Origin: an uncultured Acidobacteriota bacterium
Lineage (GTDB): Bacteria; Acidobacteriota; Vicinamibacteria; Fen-336
DNA length: 64,000 nt
Reading direction: 5' to 3'
NCBI GenBank assembly: GCA_963831755.1
Contig: CAWHRC010000022.1
Span: 64,937 to 128,936 of the forward strand
In this document: positions 1-9,403 of the stretch, piece after piece
Layout of the letters: each line of letters begins with the position of its first letter
Position numbering within the stretch: position 1 is the first letter of the stretch
Made by a program: the position numbers and the translations under genes
Notes under the pieces: model-generated
Databases searched by the model: none
What the model was told of the DNA's origin: nothing
What the model saw: only the letters and a program-made list of their open reading frames with translations

Positions 1-51
1 GCGCTCAACCGCCGCGTGGAGGTCTCGGTCTACCCGCCGGAATCGAAGTGA
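1..51 (+). CDS. 3' end of an upstream gene. The C-terminal peptide ALNRRVEVSVYPPESK contains the NRRVE motif typical of OmpA-like peptidoglycan-binding domains.
   Basis: The frame is open from the window edge to a TGA at 49-51. Only 16 codons are visible. The stop overlaps the next start (GTGA). Confidence 0.3.
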   Translation, partial: ALNRRVEVSVYPPESK

Positions 52-896
52 CGGACACGAAGGCCGCCGCGACCCGGGTCGAGGTGCCGGTCCGCGGCGG
101 CCTGCTGCGCATCCGCGAGCCGCTGCCGGCGTGGCAGGCGTCGCTGCTCGGCGTGCTGCCGGTCGCCGTGCTGCTCGGGGCGTGGTACCTGGTCACGCTG
201 GGTGCGGCGGAGGACAGGGTCATCTCGCCGACGATCCTGCCTTCGCCGGCCGAGGTGGTCGCCTCGTTCCCGCTGCTGTGGTTCGACCGGGCCCTGACGC
301 GCAACTTCGCCGTATCGTTCGTGCGCGTCGTCGAGGGCTTCGCGCTCGCCCTGGCGATCGCCTTCCCGCTCGGCGTGCTGATGGGGGCCTTCACCAAGGT
401 GAAGGCCGCCTTCACGCCGCTCACTGTCTTCGGCGCGTACCTGCCGATCCCGACGCTGGTGCCGCTCACGCTGTCGCTGTTCGGCACGGGCGAGCTGCAG
501 AAGGTGATGTTCCTCGCCATCGCCTTCTCGATCTACCTGGTCCCGTTGTTCGTGGGCGCCGTGGACGCCGTGGACGACACGTACCTGAAGACGGCCTACA
601 CGCTCGGCGCCAGCCGCGCGCAGGCCGTCAGCCGCGTGCTGCTGCCGATCTCCTGGCCGGACATCTACCAGGCGATGCGGCTGGGCTTCGGCGTCGGCTG
701 GAGCTACATCCTGCTGGCCGAGATGGTGGACGTCGGCCGCGGGCTGGGCGGCATCATCATCACCTCGCAGCGTCGCGGGCCGCGCGAGCACATCTACCTG
801 GTGCTGCTGGCGATCGTGCTGGTCGCCTTCGTGACGGACAAGCTCTGGGCCTGGGTCGGCCGGCGCCTGTTCCCCTACCGCGGAGGGCAGAGGTGA
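48..896 (+). CDS. ABC transporter permease, NitT/TauT (nitrate/sulfonate/taurine) type
   Basis: 282-aa ORF with multiple hydrophobic segments and a BPD-transporter-like core (LKTAYTLGASRAQAVSRVLLPISWPDI). Its stop overlaps the next gene's start (GTGA). Confidence 0.85.
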   Translation: MTDTKAAATRVEVPVRGGLLRIREPLPAWQASLLGVLPVAVLLGAWYLVTLGAAEDRVISPTILPSPAEVVASFPLLWFDRALTRNFAVSFVRVVEGFALALAIAFPLGVLMGAFTKVKAAFTPLTVFGAYLPIPTLVPLTLSLFGTGELQKVMFLAIAFSIYLVPLFVGAVDAVDDTYLKTAYTLGASRAQAVSRVLLPISWPDIYQAMRLGFGVGWSYILLAEMVDVGRGLGGIIITSQRRGPREHIYLVLLAIVLVAFVTDKLWAWVGRRLFPYRGGQR

Positions 897-1732
897 GCAC
901 GACGGCGCCCCGGCCGCTGCCGCACGTCGTCGAGTTCCGCAACGTCTCGAAGACCTTCAACGTCGGCGAGCCGACGCAGTTCACGGCGCTCGACGGGATC
1001 AGCTTCGTGATCGAGGACAAGCCGGGCTACGGGGAGTTCGTGGCGATCCTCGGGCCCTCCGGCTGCGGCAAGTCGACGGTCCTCAACCTGATCCACGGCT
1101 TCTCGGACGTCTACCCGCCGACGACCGGTGAGGTGCTGGTGCGCGACCGACGAGTCGAGGGGCCGGGGCGCGACCGCGGCATGATCTTCCAGCGCTACAC
1201 CTCGTTCCCCCACCTGACCGTGTTCGACAACGTGACCTTCGGCCTGGAGCTGAACCGCGACCACCTGAAGCTCGACCACAAGGGCATCCGCGGCCGGGCC
1301 ATGGAGTGGATCGAGAGGGTGGGCCTCGGGCCGCACGCGCGCAAGTACCCCTACCAGCTCTCGGGAGGCCAGCAGCAGCGGGTCGCGATCGCCCGCTCGC
1401 TCGCGCTCAAGCCGCAGATCATCCTGATGGACGAGCCCTTCTCGGCGCTCGACGAGCCGACGCGCGTCGAGATGCAGAAGCTGATCATGGACCTGTGGAA
1501 CGAGGTCGAGGCGACAGTGATGATCGTGACGCACTCGATCTCGGAGGCCGTGTTCCTCGGCGACCGGGTCTGGCTGATGGCGGCATCGCCGGGCCGGATC
1601 GTCAAGACGTTCGAGGACGTGATCCCCAAGACGCGCGGCGCCGATCCGATGGAGGTCCAGGAGTCGAAGGCCTTCAAGGACGCGGTGACCGAGATCGGGC
1701 ACGCGTTTCGCGAGGTCGAGCAGAAGCGCTGA
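893..1732 (+). CDS. ABC transporter ATP-binding protein
   Basis: Walker A GPSGCGKST, signature LSGGQQQRVAIAR and Walker B IILMDEPFSALD. The GTG start at 893 overlaps the permease stop. Confidence 0.9.
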   Translation: MSTTAPRPLPHVVEFRNVSKTFNVGEPTQFTALDGISFVIEDKPGYGEFVAILGPSGCGKSTVLNLIHGFSDVYPPTTGEVLVRDRRVEGPGRDRGMIFQRYTSFPHLTVFDNVTFGLELNRDHLKLDHKGIRGRAMEWIERVGLGPHARKYPYQLSGGQQQRVAIARSLALKPQIILMDEPFSALDEPTRVEMQKLIMDLWNEVEATVMIVTHSISEAVFLGDRVWLMAASPGRIVKTFEDVIPKTRGADPMEVQESKAFKDAVTEIGHAFREVEQKR

Positions 1733-1745
1733 GGTATTCCTGACG

Positions 1746-2663
1746 ATGGCCGGCGAGCCGCTCTCCTACTGGGACTACGTGAAGGCCGCCTTCTGGAAGC
1801 CCGTGCGCTCGCGTGTGCTCGGCGCGATGCCGCTCACGCAGATGCTGCTCGCCGCCTGCGGCCTGGCCGGCTTCTTCAACCCCGGCTTCTGGCTGCTGGG
1901 CCTGGCGGCGGTGGTGGCCGTGGTCGGTGGCCGTTCGTCCTCGGCGCGCTTCCAGAAGCTGATCGAGGCCGAGCGCCTCGCCGCGCGCGCGGAGGGGGCC
2001 GAGGACCGCATGCAGAAGGCGTACGAGCGCCTGCAGCCCGCCTCGCAGTCGCGCTATCGCGCGCTGGTGATGCAGTGCCGCGAGATCCTCGGCATGGGCG
2101 GCGGCATCGACGAGGGCAAGGTCAGCGATTTCCGCGCCGGCAACCTGAACCAGCTGCTGTGGCTCTTCCTGCGGCTGCTGGCCTCGCGCGAGGCGATCCA
2201 GGACACCCTGGCGCGGGTCGACCGCCGGCAGCTCGAGGCGGGGAGCGAGAACCTCAAGACGCGGCTGTCGGCGGTGAGCGACGCCGAGGGCGCGCTGGCA
2301 CGCTCGCTGAAGGCCACGCTCGAGATCCAGGAGAAGCGGCTGGCCAACCTGGAGACGGCGACGAACAACCTGGCCGTGATCGACGCGGAGCTCGAGAGGA
2401 TCGAGCAGCAGGTGCGGCTGGTGCGCGAGGAGAGCGCCGTCAGCGGCTCGCCCGAGGCGCTGTCGGCCCGCCTCGACTCCGTGTCTTCGACCCTCAGCGA
2501 GACCTCGCGCTGGATGGACCAGCACGCGGAGCTGTTCAGCGAGATGGCGAGCGCCGACTTCGACGCGACCGTGCCGCCGGTGCCGCGCCCGCTGGCCGTG
2601 CCGGAGCCGGACGCGTCGTCGCCGCCGCCCCGGCCGCCGCGGCAGGCCCAGCGGCAGAGGTGA
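1746..2663 (+). CDS. Hypothetical membrane-anchored coiled-coil protein
   Basis: 305-aa ORF with two N-terminal hydrophobic helices (LLAACGLAGFF, FWLLGLAAVVAVVG), a long heptad-like Leu/Glu/Arg-rich region and a Pro-rich tail. I recognise no family. The gap to the upstream gene is 13 nt and to the downstream gene 6 nt. Confidence 0.6.
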   Translation: MAGEPLSYWDYVKAAFWKPVRSRVLGAMPLTQMLLAACGLAGFFNPGFWLLGLAAVVAVVGGRSSSARFQKLIEAERLAARAEGAEDRMQKAYERLQPASQSRYRALVMQCREILGMGGGIDEGKVSDFRAGNLNQLLWLFLRLLASREAIQDTLARVDRRQLEAGSENLKTRLSAVSDAEGALARSLKATLEIQEKRLANLETATNNLAVIDAELERIEQQVRLVREESAVSGSPEALSARLDSVSSTLSETSRWMDQHAELFSEMASADFDATVPPVPRPLAVPEPDASSPPPRPPRQAQRQR

Positions 2664-2669
2664 CACGGC

Positions 2670-4514
2670 ATGGCTGAGGCACCCGTCCTTCCCGCGTGGG
2701 CCGAGGAGATGCGCCAGGTCTTCCGCGCCGGCGCGACGAGCCAGTTCGTCCTCCACGGCAACGTCTTCGACCTGGTCCCGGCGCCCGACGGCCAGGGAGG
2801 GACCGCCTGGACCTCGCTTGCCGACTTCCTGACCGGCACCATGTTCCAGCCGTTCGACGTGGTGATCCGCTACGACCGCGGCCGCGGGGTCCGCATCGAG
2901 CCGCCCGACGCGCGCCGGCCCGACGCGTACAAGGGCGTCGAGGAGGTGTTTCGCTTCCTGAAGGGCGTCGACGCCTTTCGCGGGGCGCCGGCCGCCTTCG
3001 ACGCGGTGGCGGACGGCGCCCGCAAGCTCGACCTGCGCAACCAGCTGCCGCGCGACCCGAAGGGCGCGCTCGAGATCGTCGACCGCGTGCTCGCCTTCGC
3101 GCGCCAGCGGCTCAAGGTGCAGGACGGCAAGGCCGTCCCGAGCCCGCTCAAGGTCGCCGTGGTGCTCGACTACGCGCACTTCATCGCGCCACAGGGCGAC
3201 CCGATCTACGTCGCCGACCTCAGCCAGACCCTGATCCAGATCCAGGACTGGGCGGCGAACCCCGACGTCACCAGCTCCTTCGTGGCGACGGTGCTGATCA
3301 CCGAGAACCTGCTCGACCTCAACCGCGCGCTGGTCGAGAGCCCCTACAGCGCGAAGATCAAGATCGACCTGCCCAGCGCCGAGGAGATCCGCGCCTTCGT
3401 CGTCGACCTCGTTCCCGATGTCGCCGAGTTCCAGAAGGCCTCCGAGGTGACCCGCGAGGTGCTGGCGGACAAGCTGGTCGGCCTGTCGCGCGTCGCGATC
3501 CGCTCGCTCGTGAAGCGCGCACTCACCAGCGGCCAGAAGATCAGCGGCGCCTACCTCACGAAGATGAAGAAGGAGTTCATCGAGAAGGAGGCCGCGGGCC
3601 GGCTGGAGTTTCTGGAGTCCACGCGCACGCTCGACGACGTGGCCGGCCACGACCAGGCCAAGGCCTGGCTGCGCGAGGACGCGGTCCTGCTGCGGCGCGG
3701 CCGCACGATGGCGATCCCGATGGGCTACCTGCTCACCGGCCGCATCGGCACCGGCAAGACCTACCTGGTCGAGTGCCTGGCGGGCGAGATCGGCATCCCC
3801 TGCGTCGAGCTCAAGAACTTCCGCGACAAGTGGGTGGGCGCGACCGAGGGCAACCTGGAGAAGGTGTTCTCGATCCTGCACGCGCTGGGCCAGGTGATCG
3901 TCTTCGTCGACGAGGCCGACCAGATGACGGGCAAGCGCGGCGGGGGAGACGGCGACTCCGGCCTCTCCGGCCGCGTCTACGGCATGCTGGCGAAGGAGAT
4001 GTCGGACACGCGGAACCGCGGGAAGATCATCTGGATCTTCGCGACCTCGCGGCCGGACCTGGTCGAGGTCGACCTGAAGCGGCAGGGCCGGCTCGACGTG
4101 CACATCCCGCTGTTCCCGCCGGGTGACGCGGCCGGCCGCGCGGGCCTCTTCGCCGCGATGGCGCACAAGCTCAAGCTGCAGTGCAGGCCCGAGGAGCTGC
4201 CGGCGCTGCCGGACAACGACCAGATCGGCGGTAACGAGATGGAGGGCGTGCTGGTGCGCGCGCTGCGCGAGCGCGAGACGACCCTGGACAGCGAGGAGCG
4301 CGGGTCCGGCAAGGCGGTGCCGCTGCCCGACTGCATCGCGCGCGCGATCGCGGACTTCCGCCCCTCGGCCCACGTGGAGCGGCTCGAGCTGATGGACCTT
4401 CTGGCCGTCAAGGAGTGCACGGACACGCGCTTCCTGCCGGAGCGCTTCCGCACGCGCAGCCTGGCCCAGGTCAACGCCCGGATCGAGCAGCTGAAGGCGG
4501 CGATCGGCGAGTAG
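2670..4514 (+). CDS. AAA+ ATPase: a long non-ATPase N-terminal region plus one classical AAA module
   Basis: Walker A GRIGTGKT and Walker B VIVFVDEADQ, with the sensor/arginine region SRPDLVEVDLKRQGRLD. The N-terminal ~330 aa have no P-loop. Confidence 0.85.
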   Translation: MAEAPVLPAWAEEMRQVFRAGATSQFVLHGNVFDLVPAPDGQGGTAWTSLADFLTGTMFQPFDVVIRYDRGRGVRIEPPDARRPDAYKGVEEVFRFLKGVDAFRGAPAAFDAVADGARKLDLRNQLPRDPKGALEIVDRVLAFARQRLKVQDGKAVPSPLKVAVVLDYAHFIAPQGDPIYVADLSQTLIQIQDWAANPDVTSSFVATVLITENLLDLNRALVESPYSAKIKIDLPSAEEIRAFVVDLVPDVAEFQKASEVTREVLADKLVGLSRVAIRSLVKRALTSGQKISGAYLTKMKKEFIEKEAAGRLEFLESTRTLDDVAGHDQAKAWLREDAVLLRRGRTMAIPMGYLLTGRIGTGKTYLVECLAGEIGIPCVELKNFRDKWVGATEGNLEKVFSILHALGQVIVFVDEADQMTGKRGGGDGDSGLSGRVYGMLAKEMSDTRNRGKIIWIFATSRPDLVEVDLKRQGRLDVHIPLFPPGDAAGRAGLFAAMAHKLKLQCRPEELPALPDNDQIGGNEMEGVLVRALRERETTLDSEERGSGKAVPLPDCIARAIADFRPSAHVERLELMDLLAVKECTDTRFLPERFRTRSLAQVNARIEQLKAAIGE

Positions 4515-4553
4515 GCGCGAAGGGGCCGGCGACGGGCTCGCTCCTGGGTGTGA

Positions 4554-5540
4554 TCAGGCGCCGCCCAGGGCGCGCTCCAGCGCGGCGGCCACCTCCGCGC
4601 GGCCGGCGGCCGCCTCGCGCGCGCGCCCACGCAGCGCCTCGTCGCGCTGGCTGGCGAGCGCGACGGCCGCGTCGCACGCCTCCGGCGGCTCCGCCTCGCG
4701 GACGAGCGACAGCAGGTAGTCGAAGGCCTCGTCGCGGCGCAGCGCGGCGATGGCCCTGAGCGCCGTGCGTCCGAGCCGCCTCGCGGCCGCCTTCGGGTAC
4801 CAGTCGCGCAAAACGGGGAAGGCCTCCTTCAGACGCGACTCGCCGAGCGCCGTGGCGGCGCACAGGACGCGGTCCGGCGCCGGGCGGCCGTGCGGCGTGG
4901 CCGGCTCCAGCAGCGCGGCGACGAACGGCAGCGAGCCCCGCGCGTCGAGCTGCAGCAGGGCGAGCAGGCACTCGCTGACGACCCGAGGCTCTTCGTCTCC
5001 GGCGAGGGCCTTGTGGCGGAGCAGCGAAGTCGCCGCGACCCTGCCGTGCGCGGCAATCGCGCGTGCCGCGGAGACGCGCGCCGGCGGCTCGGGGTCCGCG
5101 AGCAGCTCGGCCAGGAGGTCGAGCACGTCCGCGCGGGAGGTGCGGGCGAGGCCGAGGGCGCACGTCCCCCTCAGGTCCACCGCCGTGTCCACCTGCCCAC
5201 CAAAGACCGGCTCCATCTGTACGTGCCGGATCCCGGCGCGGAGGACATCCTCGTCCTCGTGGTCGAGGCGCAGCAGCGCCTCGATGGTCGCCCGCTTCGC
5301 GGTACAGCCCGGGTCCTTCCTCGCTGGCGCGCAGAGAAACCGCCGGAAGGCCGCGATCAGGTCGGGGACGAGCGAGTCGAGGCCGGCCTCACCCACGATC
5401 GCGGCGGCCTTGGCGACCGCGTGCGCCGACTCGTGGGCCAGCACCCGGCGCAGCTCCGCCAGAGAAGCGGGCGAGGAAGGGTCGTGGCGGACACGTGCCA
5501 GGCCGGTCAGCGCCTCCTGCAGCCGGTCGCGAAGCGGCAC
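4554..5540 (-). CDS. HEAT/ARM-like repeat protein
   Basis: Repeated alpha-helical units (ARVSAARAIAAHG, RVLCAATALGES, RTALRAIAAL). Start set at the GTG at 5540, because the longer track ORF would overlap the upstream kinase. The kinase stop lies 22 nt upstream. Confidence 0.6.
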   Translation of the reverse strand: MPLRDRLQEALTGLARVRHDPSSPASLAELRRVLAHESAHAVAKAAAIVGEAGLDSLVPDLIAAFRRFLCAPARKDPGCTAKRATIEALLRLDHEDEDVLRAGIRHVQMEPVFGGQVDTAVDLRGTCALGLARTSRADVLDLLAELLADPEPPARVSAARAIAAHGRVAATSLLRHKALAGDEEPRVVSECLLALLQLDARGSLPFVAALLEPATPHGRPAPDRVLCAATALGESRLKEAFPVLRDWYPKAAARRLGRTALRAIAALRRDEAFDYLLSLVREAEPPEACDAAVALASQRDEALRGRAREAAAGRAEVAAALERALGGA

Positions 5541-5562
5541 GGCTACGGAGTCCTGGTGCGGA

Positions 5563-7848
5563 TCACGAGCCCTGCTGCCGCAGCGTGGCCGCGAGTGCAG
5601 CCAGCTCGTCGGCGCGCGCCTTCTGCCCCGTCGCGCGAAGCAGAGCAGCGTAGCCATCGAGCGTCCAACGGGCCTGCGGGTAGTACCCGCCGTCGGGTCG
5701 ACGGCAGAGGGCGAGGGAGCGCTCGAAGAGCGCCTGCGCCTCGCGCAGCTGGCCCCGCTGGCGCGCACACTCCGCGAGCCCGTTGAGGCTCTCGGCGACG
5801 TCGTGGTGCTTCGGGCCGAGCACACGCTCGCGCAGGGCCAGGGAGTGCTCGTAAAGCTGGCGCGCCGCGCCCGCGTCGCCCTGCTTCAGGGTCACCCGCG
5901 CCAGGCGGTCGAGGAAGCGGCCCAGCTCGGGGTTGTCCGGGCTGGACTCTTCCAGGATGGCCACCGCCCGGGCGTAGTATGCCTTCGCCGCGGCGTCGTC
6001 TCCCGTGGCCGACACGACGTCGCCGAGGTTCATGAGCCCGGAGGCCAGGTCCGGGTGCTTCGGCCCCAGCACCTTCTCCTGGATGCGCAGCGCGCGCTCG
6101 AGGAGCGGCCGCGCGCCGGCGGGGTCGTTGGAGAACGTGTGAACGACGGCGAGGTTGTTGAGAACCTGGGCGATCAGGGGATGGTCCGGTCCGAGGGCCT
6201 TCTCACGGATCGCGCGCGTGCGCTCCCACAGCCGGCCCGCCTCGGCGAAGTCCCCTCTCTTGTAGGCGATCGCGCCCAGGCTGTTGAGGGTGCTCGCCAC
6301 GTCCGGCCCGTCAGGCGAGTTCTTCTCGCGTATGGCGAGGGCCCTGGTGAGCAGCCGCCGGGCCTCGTCGTACTGCCCTCGGCTCCAGAGCAGGTTGCCG
6401 AGATTGTGGAGGCTGTCCGCCACGAGCGGGCTTTCGGGCGCCAGCCGCTCGCGCATGGCCAGCGCCTCCTCGAGCCGCGACCGTGCGGCGTCGTAGTCGC
6501 CTTTGTGCCAGAGGACGCTCCCCAGGCCCACCAGGCTCTCCGCCACGTCGAGCTGCGGCTCGCCGAGCAGCCTGCGACGCGTCGCGAGCGCGGAGCTGAG
6601 GAGGGGCAGGGCCTGGTCGTAGAGGCCGAGCTGGTCGTAGACGCGCCCGATCGTGTCCATGAGCCGTGCCTGCACGAGCGGCTCGCCCTCGAGGTCCTTG
6701 TCGATCCTCGCAGCGCCCCGGTCGAGGATCTCGCGGGCCGTGATGGTGTTGCCCCGGGCCTCCCGCGGGTCCGAGACCTTGAAGAGGCCGGCAAGGAAGT
6801 CGGCGACCTGGCGGGCGGACCGGGCCTCCTGGTTGGCACGGCTCGCCTCGCGCCGCGCGCGGATGGTCTGCACGGTCGAGAAGATGGAGAGCAGGGCGAG
6901 GGCGATCATCGTCGTGGCCACGAGCGCCCGCCGGCGACGGCGCACGGGCCTCGTACGGATCCACTCCAGCCGCTCCGCCGTGTCTCGGGCCGACGGCCGT
7001 TCCGCAGGTGCGAAGGACTTGAGGCGCCCGACGAGCGCGCCGAGGTCGGGGTCGATCCCGGTGACGGGGAGCGTCTCGCCCTTCTCGGCCCGGGCGAGCA
7101 GGACCGCGCGGTCGGCGCCCGGCTCGTACGGAGGCCGTCCCGTGAAGATCTCCTGCAGCAGGAGCCCGCAGGAGTACATGTCGCTCGCGGTCGTGGCCGG
7201 CTCGCCCCGGGCCTGCTCGGGGCTCATGTAGCCCAGTGTGCCCATGACCTTCCCGAGCCTCGTGCGCACCTCGGCCGCGGTCGAGTCCGGCGAGGGCTCC
7301 GGCAGGTCGTCGCCGCCCACCACGGCCTCCGACGCGTCCGTGAGCAGCTCGAGCGTCAGTGCCTGGGACAGCTCCTCGACGGAGCGCGCCAGGCCGAAGT
7401 CGAGGACCTTGACGTCCCCTCCCGGCTCGACCATCACGTTGTCGGGCTTGAGGTCCCGGTGGACGACGCCCTTGGCATGGGCGACCGCGAGCACGTCCAC
7501 GATCTGCGCCGCGATCCTCATGCGCTGCGCGGGATCGGGCCGGGCCTGGATCGCCTCGCGCAGGCTCTTCCCCTGGATCAGCTCGAGCACGAGCACGTCG
7601 GAATCGCCGGCCTCGATCAGGTCGTGGATGCGGCAGATCCGCGGGTGCTCCAGCTGCGAGAGGATGCGTGCCTCGCGGAGGAAGCGAGCCTTCGCTTCCG
7701 CGTTGAGGCGGTGCTCGCTGCGGATGGCCTTGAGGGCGACGCGCCGGCCGAGCTTCTCGTCGAAGCCGGCGTAGACGTCGCCCATGCCGCCCCTGGCGAG
7801 GAACTCCGTCACCCGGATGTGCCCGAGCTTCTCGCCGAGCACTGGCAT
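5563..7848 (-). CDS. Ser/Thr protein kinase with one TM segment and C-terminal TPR repeats
   Basis: Kinase motifs GGMGDVY, VALK, HRDLKPDN, DFG and SPEQ. A TM segment follows (ALVATTMIALALLSIF), then many TPR units (NLGNLLWSRGQYDEA and similar). ATG at 7848 is preceded by GGAGG. Confidence 0.9.
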   Translation of the reverse strand: MPVLGEKLGHIRVTEFLARGGMGDVYAGFDEKLGRRVALKAIRSEHRLNAEAKARFLREARILSQLEHPRICRIHDLIEAGDSDVLVLELIQGKSLREAIQARPDPAQRMRIAAQIVDVLAVAHAKGVVHRDLKPDNVMVEPGGDVKVLDFGLARSVEELSQALTLELLTDASEAVVGGDDLPEPSPDSTAAEVRTRLGKVMGTLGYMSPEQARGEPATTASDMYSCGLLLQEIFTGRPPYEPGADRAVLLARAEKGETLPVTGIDPDLGALVGRLKSFAPAERPSARDTAERLEWIRTRPVRRRRRALVATTMIALALLSIFSTVQTIRARREASRANQEARSARQVADFLAGLFKVSDPREARGNTITAREILDRGAARIDKDLEGEPLVQARLMDTIGRVYDQLGLYDQALPLLSSALATRRRLLGEPQLDVAESLVGLGSVLWHKGDYDAARSRLEEALAMRERLAPESPLVADSLHNLGNLLWSRGQYDEARRLLTRALAIREKNSPDGPDVASTLNSLGAIAYKRGDFAEAGRLWERTRAIREKALGPDHPLIAQVLNNLAVVHTFSNDPAGARPLLERALRIQEKVLGPKHPDLASGLMNLGDVVSATGDDAAAKAYYARAVAILEESSPDNPELGRFLDRLARVTLKQGDAGAARQLYEHSLALRERVLGPKHHDVAESLNGLAECARQRGQLREAQALFERSLALCRRPDGGYYPQARWTLDGYAALLRATGQKARADELAALAATLRQQGS

Positions 7849-7959
7849 CGGCGCCTCCCCTGAACACGGCCCAGTCGAGCGGCGCAAGCCTCCCACATCC
7901 CCGGTGGGCGGACAAGCCGCCTGCATCCTGGCGGCGCGACGGAGAGCGGGGCGGGACGG

Positions 7960-8829
7960 CTACGCGGCGGCGGTGGCGACCTCCGCCCGCGGCTCCGGCC
8001 GGATCCGGAAGCGCTCCGCGTTCTTCGGCAGCAGGTGGATGTCCCTGACGAGACCCACCGCCGCGAGGGCGCGGATCGCCAGCCAGTTCATGTCGAGCTC
8101 CCAACCGAAGCCGTGGCGCGCCGAGCGCTGGAACGCGTGGTGCGTGTTGTGCCAGCCCTCGCCCCACGCGACCAGGCCGACCCACCACAGATTCCGCGAG
8201 TCTTCCTTCGTCCGCCACGTGCGGTAGCCCCAGGTGTGCGAGGCGGAGTTCACGAACCAGGTGCTGTTCAGCACGATCACGAGCCGCAGCAGCACGCCCC
8301 AGACGACCAGCCCCAGGCCGCCCCAGGCGTAGAGCGCGAGACCGAGCGCGACGTTCGGCACCCAGTGCGCCCGGTTGAGCAGGCGGTGCACCGGGTCGGC
8401 GACGAGCTCGGGCGCGTGGCGGCGCTCCAGCTCGCGGCGGTCCATCCCGACCTTCGTCAGCACCCACCCGATGTGGCTCCACAGGAAGCCGTCCTTCGGC
8501 GTGTGCAGGTCCTGACCCGCCTGGTCGGACTTCGCGTGGTGGACCCGGTGCATCGCGACCCACGAGATCGCGCCGCCTTCGCTGGCCAGCATCCCCGCGA
8601 GCGTGCCGAGGTACTCGACCGCCTTCGGGACCCGGAAGCCGCGGTGCGTCAGCAGCCGATGGTAGGTGAGGCCGATCCCGATCGAGCCCGACAGCCACCA
8701 CAGGAACAGGCACAGGCCGAGCCCGGTCCAGGAAAAATACCAGGGCGCCAGCAGCGCCCCCGCGTGAATCGCCCCGAACCAGGCCACGTTCACCCAGTCG
8801 AATCGCTTGCCGTTCCAGGTCAGCGTCAA
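7960..8829 (-). CDS. Membrane fatty-acid (acyl-CoA/acyl-lipid delta-9 type) desaturase
   Basis: Three His boxes (HRLLTH, HRVHH, HNTHH) and hydrophobic N-terminal helices. Confidence 0.9.
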   Translation of the reverse strand: MTLTWNGKRFDWVNVAWFGAIHAGALLAPWYFSWTGLGLCLFLWWLSGSIGIGLTYHRLLTHRGFRVPKAVEYLGTLAGMLASEGGAISWVAMHRVHHAKSDQAGQDLHTPKDGFLWSHIGWVLTKVGMDRRELERRHAPELVADPVHRLLNRAHWVPNVALGLALYAWGGLGLVVWGVLLRLVIVLNSTWFVNSASHTWGYRTWRTKEDSRNLWWVGLVAWGEGWHNTHHAFQRSARHGFGWELDMNWLAIRALAAVGLVRDIHLLPKNAERFRIRPEPRAEVATAAA

Positions 8830-8993
8830 CTTCCCCTCCCCTGCGCACGACGGCCGCGCTTGCGCGCGGTCGTGGTCCTGCCAACCGCGGAGTAACTGAC
8901 CGAGGCTAGCAGGGCCGGGACGAGGGGATTGTCATCGTTCCGTCACAGGGCAGACTCCCGTCGCCGTACGGGTCCGCGGCCTGCGGGAGCGGA

Positions 8994-9299
8994 CTACGCC
9001 GGGCGTGCGGCCGGGCTGAAGGCCTTCAGGGCCAGCCAGACGATCCCGCCCAGCAGGATCAGCGGTGCGAGCGGGAGCAGCACGAACACGGCCAGCAGCA
9101 CCAGCAGGCCGACGACGAGCCCGATCCCGCCCGCTGCCAGGCCGAAGAGACCGGCCACGAGGCCGAACAGCCCGTGCAGGAGCGCGCCGACGATCCGGAA
9201 CGGCAGCACGAGCAGCGTGAGCAGGACCTTGAACGCCACCGCCAGCAGCACGAAGGGCACCGCGATCAGCGCCAGCAGACCGAGCAGGGCTCCCATCAC
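8994..9299 (-). CDS. Small hydrophobic membrane protein (hypothetical)
   Basis: 101-aa ORF that is almost entirely Leu/Val/Gly/Ala TM-like sequence. Codon usage fits the genome. No family recognised. Confidence 0.4.
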   Translation of the reverse strand: MMGALLGLLALIAVPFVLLAVAFKVLLTLLVLPFRIVGALLHGLFGLVAGLFGLAAGGIGLVVGLLVLLAVFVLLPLAPLILLGGIVWLALKAFSPAARPA

Positions 9300-9403
9300 T
9301 CGACCGTCCTTTCACACCTTCTTACGCGTGCCGGCCATCGGGGGTTCCTTCCCCTGCCGATGTCCAACGGTTTGATCGGCCACCGCCTCCCGGGTTGGCG
9401 CGT

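Noticed and set aside
1674-4373. An 899-aa ORF on the minus strand. Similar very long antisense or off-frame ORFs occur at 4750..7863 +, 6311..8884 -, 17473..20010 +, 25806..28985 -, 49661..53986 + (as a single unit) and 61579..63447 -.
   Set aside because: Their translations are Arg/Ala/Gly/Pro-rich low-complexity sequence with no motifs, and they lie opposite or out of frame to genes with clear family signatures. This is the expected stop-codon-poor shadow-ORF effect in very GC-rich DNA.
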